NCBI GenBank assembly: GCA_016286345.1
Contig: JAEESL010000001.1
Span: 50,219-114,218, forward strand
DNA: 64,000 nucleotides
Direction: 5' to 3'
Source: Dehalococcoidales bacterium
GTDB lineage: Bacteria; Chloroflexota; Dehalococcoidia; Dehalococcoidales; UBA1222
Shown here: positions 38,108 through 45,689 of the stretch, piece after piece
Numbering within the stretch: position 1 is the stretch's first letter
Layout: every line of letters starts with the position of its first letter
Made by a program: the position numbers and the translations under genes
Notes under the pieces: model-generated
Seen by the model: only the letters and a program-made list of their open reading frames with translations
Database searches by the model: none
What the model was told of the DNA's origin: nothing

Positions 38108-40044
38108 TATTTCTCCTCCTTTACTGATTCCTCAGTCTTTTTCTCTTCTTCTTTTTTCTTCTTTTTGTCTGATTCTTCTTTATCGATATCAAGAAGCAAT
38201 GACTGATCAGGTAATTCTGAATCTAATTCCGAATGATAATATGAGCTTTTAGGAGCATCTATGAGGTGTTCCTTGTGAAGTACCTGATCTTCTGTCGTAT
38301 ATGTGGCTCGTTCATATTCGGAGCTTGAGAAAAGTGCACCGAACGGACAGGATTCAACACATAATCCGCAATATACACACTGTCCGCCTTTGAGATCATA
38401 ATGCGTGACTTCATACTGAAGATCACATCTGAGACATCTGTTTGCTTCAGCCTCAGCTGTTTCCTGATCCCAGCATTCCTCAACACATTCAAAATTGGTT
38501 ATTCTCGTATCAACGTCCGTGTACACGGAATCATGAACATTATCGGGATTGGGTCTTCCAGGTCGTAAAGGAAGAGGCATTTCGTTATGAAGTACTTCTG
38601 TGATATTGCCGTCTCCGCCAAGATATGTATCGATTGATTTGGCTGCAGTCTTGGCCTGGGCAACTGCCTGGATCACAGTTGATGAACCGAGTACATTGTC
38701 TCCTGCAGCATATATTCCGGGAATATCTGTGGCCATGGCACGGTCAACAATGATCCTGCTGTTGCTTTCATTCTTTTTAACTCCGAATGATTCGGGGACA
38801 ATGGGATACTGTGATGATGCGGAAATAACAGTGTCCACATCGATAATATATTCTGATCCCTCAATGGGAACAGGGGATCTTCGTCCTGATGCATCCACCG
38901 GACCAAGCTCCATTTTTTTACATTCTACTTTGAGCTGGCCGTTTTCCTCGAAGACTCGTACAGGAGAGGCAAGGTATTGCATATCAACACCTTCCTCAAT
39001 AGCCATATCTATTTCTTCGCTGTCTGCAGGCATTTCATTACGTGTTCTTCTGTACAGAACGAATACATTCTTTGCACCAAGTCTGACTGCGGTCCTGCAG
39101 CAGTCCATGGCAGTGTTTCCGCCGCCTACGATGACAACATTGTTGCCGATCTCGATTTTCTTGCCGAGAGCGACATCTTTGAGGAAGTAAACTCCTCCGA
39201 GAACGTGTTCGTTGTCTTCTCCGGGTATTCCAAGCTTTGCTGCTTCATGAGCACCTGTTGCAAGAAGAACTGAATCGAATCCGTTTCCGAGAAGGCTCTT
39301 CGGATCTTCAACTCTTGTATTGAATTTGAACTCACAGCCCATATCTTCAATCACTTTGACATCATGCATAAGTGCATCTTCAGGAAGTCTGAATCTGGGA
39401 ATACCGACAAGCATCATGCCTCCTGCCTTAGGAAGCTCATCGAATACTGTGACTTTATGACCTTTTCTGAGCAGATAATATGCTGCAGTCAGTCCGGCAG
39501 GACCTGCACCGATGATTGCAACGCTTTTACCTGTCGGTTCTGCTTGTTTTACATTTTTCATCCATCGTCCGTCATCATGTTCAACTGCATATCTCTTCAG
39601 TTTTCTGATGGCGACAGGATTATCAACCGTCTTTCTTGTACATGCTGATTCACAGGGATGGGCACAGACATAAGCACATGCAGACGGAAGAGGGAGCTGT
39701 TCTCTTATGATCGATAATGCTTCTTCAGGATTTCCTGTTGCGATTGCCCTGACGTATTTTGCCGCTTCAACTTTTGCGGGACACTTCATGATACAGGGAA
39801 GAAGCTTTCTCAGCTGTTTGGGCTGTTCACTTGTCTCGATGTGAATACTGTGATGAGGACAGGCATCTTCACATGTATAGCATCCGATACATTTTTCTGG
39901 ATTCCATGCAAGTGAAATACCTCGTTCTCTCTTTGCTAGGTTCAGCTTTTCTTCAGGATACTGAACCGTAATCGGTCCTCTCACAAGATTTTTGAGAGTG
40001 ACCTTCATTCCTTTTATGATACCTTGTCCGTAATGTCTACTCAT
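38107..40044 (-). CDS. nuoI: NuoI (2x[4Fe-4S] subunit) interrupted by a GltD/NfnB-like FAD/NAD(P)H oxidoreductase module; K/E-rich tail
   Basis: 645 aa.
- aa 1-75 are NuoI-like (ITVQYPEE, CIGCYTCEDACP).
- aa ~80-540 are GltD-like (CIMKCP..CAYVCAHPCESAC, VAIIGAGPAGLTAAYY, VVIVGGGNTAMDC, IYAAGD).
- aa 556-567 carry CVYCGLCVESCP, followed by a NuoI-type C-terminus.
- The tail is DKKKKKEEEKKTEESVKEEK. Confidence 0.85.
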   Translation of the reverse strand: MSRHYGQGIIKGMKVTLKNLVRGPITVQYPEEKLNLAKRERGISLAWNPEKCIGCYTCEDACPHHSIHIETSEQPKQLRKLLPCIMKCPAKVEAAKYVRAIATGNPEEALSIIREQLPLPSACAYVCAHPCESACTRKTVDNPVAIRKLKRYAVEHDDGRWMKNVKQAEPTGKSVAIIGAGPAGLTAAYYLLRKGHKVTVFDELPKAGGMMLVGIPRFRLPEDALMHDVKVIEDMGCEFKFNTRVEDPKSLLGNGFDSVLLATGAHEAAKLGIPGEDNEHVLGGVYFLKDVALGKKIEIGNNVVIVGGGNTAMDCCRTAVRLGAKNVFVLYRRTRNEMPADSEEIDMAIEEGVDMQYLASPVRVFEENGQLKVECKKMELGPVDASGRRSPVPIEGSEYIIDVDTVISASSQYPIVPESFGVKKNESNSRIIVDRAMATDIPGIYAAGDNVLGSSTVIQAVAQAKTAAKSIDTYLGGDGNITEVLHNEMPLPLRPGRPNPDNVHDSVYTDVDTRITNFECVEECWDQETAEAEANRCLRCDLQYEVTHYDLKGGQCVYCGLCVESCPFGALFSSSEYERATYTTEDQVLHKEHLIDAPKSSYYHSELDSELPDQSLLLDIDKEESDKKKKKEEEKKTEESVKEEK

Positions 40045-41101
40045 GCTGAAGCTCTCTTCCTGGTTTATATAGACCTGACCAGAGATAAATAATTAAGACT
40101 GTCATTACAATGGAGACCAGAACGACGATCCACTGAGCAAGATCCGGGAAGAAAGTGATTCTGACTGCAGTGAAAAGCAGATTGAATAATGCCAGAGGGA
40201 GAAGGAATTTCCAGCATAATGACATTGATTTTTCAACCGTTAAACGCGGGAGTGTGGCTCTTATCCATAAAATGAACAGGAAAACAATAACCATCTTGAT
40301 GAGCAGTGGAATGGGACCGTCTATGAATATTCCTTTGTAACCTCCGAGGAAAAGTGTCGCAACCAATGTTGACATTACAACTGCTTCACCATATTCGACA
40401 AGGTATAACATTGCGAATTTCATGCCGGAATACTCAATATTGAAACCTGCAACGATTTCACTGTCACATTCCATGACATCAAACGGAGTTCTGTTTATTT
40501 CTGCAAGTGATGAAATGAAATAGCATACAAATGCCAGCGGCATAAAGATGATATTCGGCAGAGACTGTGCGGCAACGATGCCGTTAACCGACATTGTTCC
40601 GCTGGAGATAACCAGGCTGATTAAAACGAGAAGCATGGGGATCTCATAACTGATGAACTGTGCAAGTCCTCGCATACCGCCGATGAGACCGTATTTGTTG
40701 TTGCATGCATAACCGCAGAGAAAAACACCGACAGAACTGATCGAACTGACTGCTGCGATGTAAATAATTCCGACATTGAGATCAACCAGCTGGAATCCCT
40801 TGGAGAAAGGAATTACGGCCAGGATCATCATTACCGGTACGAACGCCATTAAAGGAGATAGCCAGAACAGAATCTTGTCTGTTTTATTGGGAACAATGTC
40901 TTCCTTCAGCATTACTTTGATTACGTCGGCAATGCCCTGGAACAGTCCCAGTGGACCGATTCTGTTGGGACCTCTTCTGATCTGGAAAAAGCCGATCACT
41001 CTTCGCTCTGTCCAAATGAACATGACTATGAAGAAAAAGAAGTATGCGATCAGAATAACTGCGGCTATGACCAGATGCCACCAGAAATTTTCATACCACA
41101 T
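40037..41101 (-). CDS. nuoH: NADH-quinone oxidoreductase subunit H
   Basis: 354 aa, 8 TM. ERRVIGFFQIRRGPNRIGP and PFDVMECDSEIVAGFNIEYSG motifs. Confidence 0.9.
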   Translation of the reverse strand: MWYENFWWHLVIAAVILIAYFFFFIVMFIWTERRVIGFFQIRRGPNRIGPLGLFQGIADVIKVMLKEDIVPNKTDKILFWLSPLMAFVPVMMILAVIPFSKGFQLVDLNVGIIYIAAVSSISSVGVFLCGYACNNKYGLIGGMRGLAQFISYEIPMLLVLISLVISSGTMSVNGIVAAQSLPNIIFMPLAFVCYFISSLAEINRTPFDVMECDSEIVAGFNIEYSGMKFAMLYLVEYGEAVVMSTLVATLFLGGYKGIFIDGPIPLLIKMVIVFLFILWIRATLPRLTVEKSMSLCWKFLLPLALFNLLFTAVRITFFPDLAQWIVVLVSIVMTVLIIYLWSGLYKPGRELQHE

Positions 41102-42207
41102 TATCTATCGACCTCCCCCATGGATAGGTCGACACTGCCAAATGTGATGATGGCGTCGGAAAGAGTCTGACCGACCATTAATTTTTTCAATGCTGTTAAA
41201 TTAATAAATGCGGGGGCTCTGAAATGACATCTGTAAGGTTTATCAGAGCCATCGGATTCAAGGTAACATCCCAGGATACCTCTGGGTGATTCGATTCGTT
41301 TGTAAGTTTTACCTTCAGGAACGTGCAATACAACAGGTACTTTTGTCTGATACTTGCCTTCGGCCGGCATCATATCAAGAGCCTGTTCTATGATTGAAGC
41401 GCTTTGTTTCATTTCTTCCATTCGGATCCAAACTCTGTCATATACATCACCATTTTTGCCGACAGGTACATCAAACTTGAACTTGTTATAAATGGAGTAG
41501 GGAAGATCACGTCTGACATCAAAATCAACACCGGCACTTCGGAGTACGGGACCGCTTGTAGAAATATTAATTGCGTCTTCCCTGGTTAAAATTCCTACAC
41601 CTTTTGTTCTGGAAAGGTAGATTTCGTTATCGTACAAAAGATCTTCATATTCCTTCATGTATTTAGGGAATATTCTCAGGAATTTTCTGAGAAGAGGTAC
41701 GAATTCCTTGGGGAAGTCCTGAGACACGCCGCCGAAACGCATGTAGTTATACATCATTCGCTGACCCGTTACCATTTCCATCAGGTCGGTAAGCTTTTCT
41801 CTTTCACGGAACATATACATGAATACCGTGTAGAATGAGCCCATATCGTTCATCTGGGAACCGACCGCAAGATAATGTGATGAGATTCTCTGCATTTCGG
41901 CCATGATTACTCGCATATATTCGGCTTTTTCAGGTACTTCAATTCCTGCTAATTCTTCAACTGCCATAACATACGGCCAGTTATTATTGATCGCAGACAC
42001 GTAATCCAGACGATCTGTCATGGGAATGCCCTGCTTGTATGTACGCATTTCCATGAGTTTTTCCACACCTCTGTGCAGATAACCGAAAATAGGTTCAACG
42101 TCTTTGACTATTTCACCATCGAGAGTGATTCGCATTCTGAACACACCATGTGTGCTTGGATGCTGGGGACCGACATTAAGTACATATTCTTCAGTTTTAA
42201 ATGACAT
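41101..42207 (-). CDS. nuoD: NADH-quinone oxidoreductase subunit D
   Basis: NVGPQHPSTHGVFR motif and C-terminal ITFGSVDLSMGEVDR. I prefer the ATG at 42207 (GAAAGGA upstream) over the ORF-track TTG at 42240. Confidence 0.88.
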   Translation of the reverse strand: MSFKTEEYVLNVGPQHPSTHGVFRMRITLDGEIVKDVEPIFGYLHRGVEKLMEMRTYKQGIPMTDRLDYVSAINNNWPYVMAVEELAGIEVPEKAEYMRVIMAEMQRISSHYLAVGSQMNDMGSFYTVFMYMFREREKLTDLMEMVTGQRMMYNYMRFGGVSQDFPKEFVPLLRKFLRIFPKYMKEYEDLLYDNEIYLSRTKGVGILTREDAINISTSGPVLRSAGVDFDVRRDLPYSIYNKFKFDVPVGKNGDVYDRVWIRMEEMKQSASIIEQALDMMPAEGKYQTKVPVVLHVPEGKTYKRIESPRGILGCYLESDGSDKPYRCHFRAPAFINLTALKKLMVGQTLSDAIITFGSVDLSMGEVDR

Positions 42208-42610
42208 CTTTGAAGTCCTTTCGTTGAGGATGACCTTCAAAGCCGTCCCATAACACGATTCTCTTCAGATTCTTATGGCCTTTAAATACAATTCCCATAA
42301 GATCGAAAATCTCTCTTTCCTGAAAATCCGCCCCGGTCCATATATTTGACAGGGAGTCGATCTCAGGCTTTTCCCTTGGAACTGATGTTCTGATGATTAT
42401 GTCGGTCTTATCAACTACGTTTATTAATGTATATACAAGTAAGAATTTTTCATTATGATCTGAGGCTGTAATCATCTCCAGATAATCATATCCTGCTTCA
42501 TTTTTCAGCCATTCAGTGCATTCAAGAATATTTTCGGACGGAATCTCTGCAAATCCGTTTCCGGTTTTTACGTATTCAAACTGTTTGGAAAGAGCATCAT
42601 ATGTTTTCAT
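42197..42610 (-). CDS. nuoC: NADH-quinone oxidoreductase subunit C
   Basis: The WTGADFQEREIFDLMGIVFKGH motif is typical of NuoC. The ATG at 42610 overlaps the nuoB stop (ATGA); the ORF-track start is at 42634. Confidence 0.85.
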   Translation of the reverse strand: MKTYDALSKQFEYVKTGNGFAEIPSENILECTEWLKNEAGYDYLEMITASDHNEKFLLVYTLINVVDKTDIIIRTSVPREKPEIDSLSNIWTGADFQEREIFDLMGIVFKGHKNLKRIVLWDGFEGHPQRKDFKDVI

Positions 42611-43221
42611 TTTGATTTCTTTTCCCATTCGCATTTGTCATGATCGATTTTCTTTCGAAGTGTCTCAAGTCCATAAAGCAGAGTTTCTGGTCTTGGAGGA
42701 CAACCCGGGATATATACATCGACCGGAATAATATGGTTGTATCCGGGAACAACAGCATAGGAATCCTGGAATATTCCTCCGGATACAGCACATGCTCCCA
42801 TGGCGATTACCCATTTTGGTTCAGCCATCTGTTCATAAATTCGTTTGATCTGAGGCGCCATCTTCCAGGTCAGTGTTCCTCCGCATACAAGGAGATCTGC
42901 CTGTCTGGGGGATGGCCTGAGTACTTCCATTCCGAATCTTGCAATATCGAATCTGGACATGGAAGTGGCAATAAACTCAAATGTGCAGCAGGCAGTAAAA
43001 CATGTAACCGGCCATAATGATGCTTTGTGCGCCCAGTTTATTGCATCATCAAGTGTTGTAAGGATTATGTTTTTGTTTAATTCCTTGACAGTTTCATCAG
43101 ACCAGTCCATATCATCAGGGATAACTGCCTGACTGTCATGCCGAAGGTTCTTTATTTCACTGCCTTCATAAAAATCTGCTTCATTCAAAGAAGGGATGAA
43201 GGGCTGTTCAGCTATTTCCAT
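42607..43221 (-). CDS. nuoB: NADH-quinone oxidoreductase subunit B, with a ~55-aa N-terminal extension
   Basis: N2-cluster ligands are present (TACCTFEF, MGACAVSGG, GCPPRPE). The ATG at 43221 is preceded by AAGGAG; the ORF-track start is at 43242. Confidence 0.88.
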   Translation of the reverse strand: MEIAEQPFIPSLNEADFYEGSEIKNLRHDSQAVIPDDMDWSDETVKELNKNIILTTLDDAINWAHKASLWPVTCFTACCTFEFIATSMSRFDIARFGMEVLRPSPRQADLLVCGGTLTWKMAPQIKRIYEQMAEPKWVIAMGACAVSGGIFQDSYAVVPGYNHIIPVDVYIPGCPPRPETLLYGLETLRKKIDHDKCEWEKKSK

Positions 43222-43592
43222 TGCAACACTCCTTTCTTCCATGCATAAAAGAATCCACAGGCAATAATTGCCACGAATATAATGCCTGACCAGAATATAC
43301 TGACGGAATAAATACCGATATTCTTTAATGCGAGGCCCCAGAGGATAAGGAATATCAGTGAAGTATCCATTGCAGAAAGCATTAATGCATAGTAGTAGTA
43401 ATGAGGATTGAATCGGACCCAGCTGCGGTCAATTGTGACCAGACCACACTCGTAAGTGTTGTATTTGACATCTGATGGGTTCTTTTTCTCGAATTTAATA
43501 AACTCAAGAACCTGAGGCATGTAAGCGATAAAGGCGGAGAATGCCAAGCAAATAACCAAATACAATGCGATATAACCGTAATCAGTTAACAT
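43212..43592 (-). CDS. nuoA: NADH-quinone oxidoreductase subunit A
   Basis: 126 aa, 3 TM, YECG motif (YNTYECGLV). Confidence 0.85.
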   Translation of the reverse strand: MLTDYGYIALYLVICLAFSAFIAYMPQVLEFIKFEKKNPSDVKYNTYECGLVTIDRSWVRFNPHYYYYALMLSAMDTSLIFLILWGLALKNIGIYSVSIFWSGIIFVAIIACGFFYAWKKGVLQWK

Positions 43593-43681
43593 AGGCTTTT
43601 CCTATAAAAAAAACGATAAAAAAGATTTTATCAGCCTATTTTATATAGTGTCAAAGGACTATCGGTCATATTTGTCAATTC

Positions 43682-44146
43682 TTACAGATTTTTTTCACGT
43701 TTTATGATTGTACAGACCTTATCTGATACGTCTTCTACGAATGATATGCACTGTTTTTTTCTTTCAGGTGAATTGAATATCAAATCTTTTGACAGTATTC
43801 TGCAGCATATTGCACGATGGTCTGCTCTGAATGCATCGTGCAGTTCCTTTCCAAGATTTTTTGCAACAGTTCCTTTCGGATCAAATGCCTGATGACGTCC
43901 GAAAATCATTCCGAGCACCATTACTCCGCCGGCCACAGCACCGCAGGTACACCCGGCACCACCCATGCCTGCTGAGAAGCCTGAAGACAATGCAATTACT
44001 TCTTCCGGAATGTCAATATGTAATTCTTCCACAAATGCTCTGAGAACTGATTCTCCGCATCCGAATGATCCTGATGAATACAGTTCGGCGGCTCTTTTCT
44101 TTATTGCTTCAGTATCGATTGTTTGCACATTGATTTCGTATGACAT
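43682..44146 (-). CDS. C_GCAxxG_C_C family (putative redox-active) protein
   Basis: 154 aa. Motifs FGCGESVLRAF, GGAGCTCGAVAGG and ICCRIL. Same strand as nuoA and 89 bp upstream of it. Confidence 0.7.
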   Translation of the reverse strand: MSYEINVQTIDTEAIKKRAAELYSSGSFGCGESVLRAFVEELHIDIPEEVIALSSGFSAGMGGAGCTCGAVAGGVMVLGMIFGRHQAFDPKGTVAKNLGKELHDAFRADHRAICCRILSKDLIFNSPERKKQCISFVEDVSDKVCTIIKREKNL

Positions 44147-44290
44147 TTCTTTATCCTGTTTTCCTTAATATATATTCCGATGATATTTTATCTACCTTAT
44201 TTATTATATGTCATGACTTCACTGTATAGGTCTGATCAATAATCCAAAATGTTTATACTGTTTTCTTTCATTATTATAATATGAACTGAA

Positions 44291-45367
44291 ATGAACACAG
44301 AAATTAACAATGCATTTAATAAATTGGAGTATATTAAAGATCTGAATTTCGATTGTATTGAAATGATGAGTTCTTATCTTACTAATAATCCGCGTTTTAT
44401 AACGGAAGACATGATAAGAGATTTGAAAAAGTCTCTTTCTCTGAAAGATAAGGATGCATTCCTTTTTCTGTTTGCTGCAGCCTGTGACATGGATGTAGAG
44501 AACAACCCACGACATAAAGAATTATTCGGCAAATATTTCAGAGAATCAGTTGCTGAACTTAGTATGAGAGAATTCAGTCAGAATCAATATTATCAGATGA
44601 TAGATTTTCCCGATGTCTCGATGGGTGACTGGACCTTCCAGCACAATGTATTTCAACCTTATGAGGCATTTATATACGACGATATCAAAGTCTTTGATGA
44701 CTACAGGGAAGTTCCGAAGCTTGGTTTTTTCACGGAGGAATTCCGCTATCCGGCTGTTCTTGAGAATAACAACGAATGGATGATGATTACACCAGAAGAA
44801 ACGATGACTATCAAAAAGGCTATCTCTAAGGCGGCAGGGGATGTGATCACATTCGGGCTCGGACTGGGTTATTATCCATTCATGGTCAGTCAGAAAAACA
44901 ATGTCAGCAGTGTAACTGTCATTGAAAAAGATCCTACTGTAATTGAATTGTTCAGAAAATATATTCTTCCTCAGTTTCCCAATAAGGAAAAAGTACACGT
45001 GATTGAAGCTGACGGATTTGAATATGCAGAAAATGAATTAATCAAAAACAATTTCAGTTTTTCATTTGTAGATATGTGGCATGATGCTTCTGATGGTCTA
45101 AGTATGTACATAAGAATGAAAGCATTTGAAAAGTACAATCCGAATATTACTTATGATTACTGGATCGAAGATACCCTTATTTCAAGACTGCGATGGTTTG
45201 TGTTTGATACTCTTAAGGATAGTTATTTCGATAAACGAAATGATCATTTCGATATTCCTGGTACGGACAATCTTAAAAACGATACGGATCTTTATGCATG
45301 TCTAAGTGATGGTTTTCTTAAACAGATGTCTTCTGTGATCTCTCCACTTTTGCTTGACAATGTGTAG
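44291..45367 (+). CDS. Hypothetical protein with a class I SAM-MTase / spermidine-synthase-like C-terminal fold
   Basis: 358 aa. GDVITFGLGLGYYP (GxGxG), VIEKDPTVIELF and FVDMWHD motifs. The N-terminal ~150 aa are unrecognised. Confidence 0.5.
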   Translation: MNTEINNAFNKLEYIKDLNFDCIEMMSSYLTNNPRFITEDMIRDLKKSLSLKDKDAFLFLFAAACDMDVENNPRHKELFGKYFRESVAELSMREFSQNQYYQMIDFPDVSMGDWTFQHNVFQPYEAFIYDDIKVFDDYREVPKLGFFTEEFRYPAVLENNNEWMMITPEETMTIKKAISKAAGDVITFGLGLGYYPFMVSQKNNVSSVTVIEKDPTVIELFRKYILPQFPNKEKVHVIEADGFEYAENELIKNNFSFSFVDMWHDASDGLSMYIRMKAFEKYNPNITYDYWIEDTLISRLRWFVFDTLKDSYFDKRNDHFDIPGTDNLKNDTDLYACLSDGFLKQMSSVISPLLLDNV

Positions 45368-45689
45368 TTTTTCTTTTCCTGATATCGGAACATTAATAAT
45401 TATTTGTCGAATAATAAAAACAATTTATTAATCAACAAATAAATTCGACCAATTCTTTTGTATGTATAAAAGTTGACTATTTTGTATTTAAGTCCAAATT
45501 TAGATATAAATGTAAAATATCTATTATAAAAATGCAGAATTAGATTCAAAATATTCAACAACAAGCAATAAATATTTTTAATTTATTGCTTTATTATCTA
45601 ACAATAGTAGATTCGATTAACTTTCTAAAGGAGGTGCTGCAGGAAATTAATTTTGCTGGTTCTTCTCAAAAATACAAGGAGGTTAATTA

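Noticed and set aside
38600-39648. Antisense ORFs within the nuoI fusion gene (196 aa at 38600-39190; 98 aa at 38977-39273; 94 aa at 39364-39648).
   Set aside because: The opposite strand encodes a continuous, motif-rich protein. The antisense products are low-complexity Ser/Thr/Ile-rich sequences with no start context.
32518-43592. An archaeal origin for the window (Fpo-like 11-subunit complex, split GMP synthase, Tat-lipoproteins with Thr-rich linkers).
   Set aside because: Several features argue for a bacterium:
- a bacterial-type ribD-ribE-ribBA-ribH operon with an FMN riboswitch;
- sigma-70-like promoter boxes;
- multiple hairpin plus T-run terminators;
- XRE, Fic, AI-2E and AGCS genes.
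45368-45689. A possible Moco (moaA-motif) riboswitch upstream of the molybdoenzyme operons (also 53932-54468).
   Set aside because: Both regions are extremely AT-rich, without the GC-rich multi-stem structure I would expect. I could not recognise the conserved Moco-motif blocks by eye. A cmscan with Rfam would settle it.
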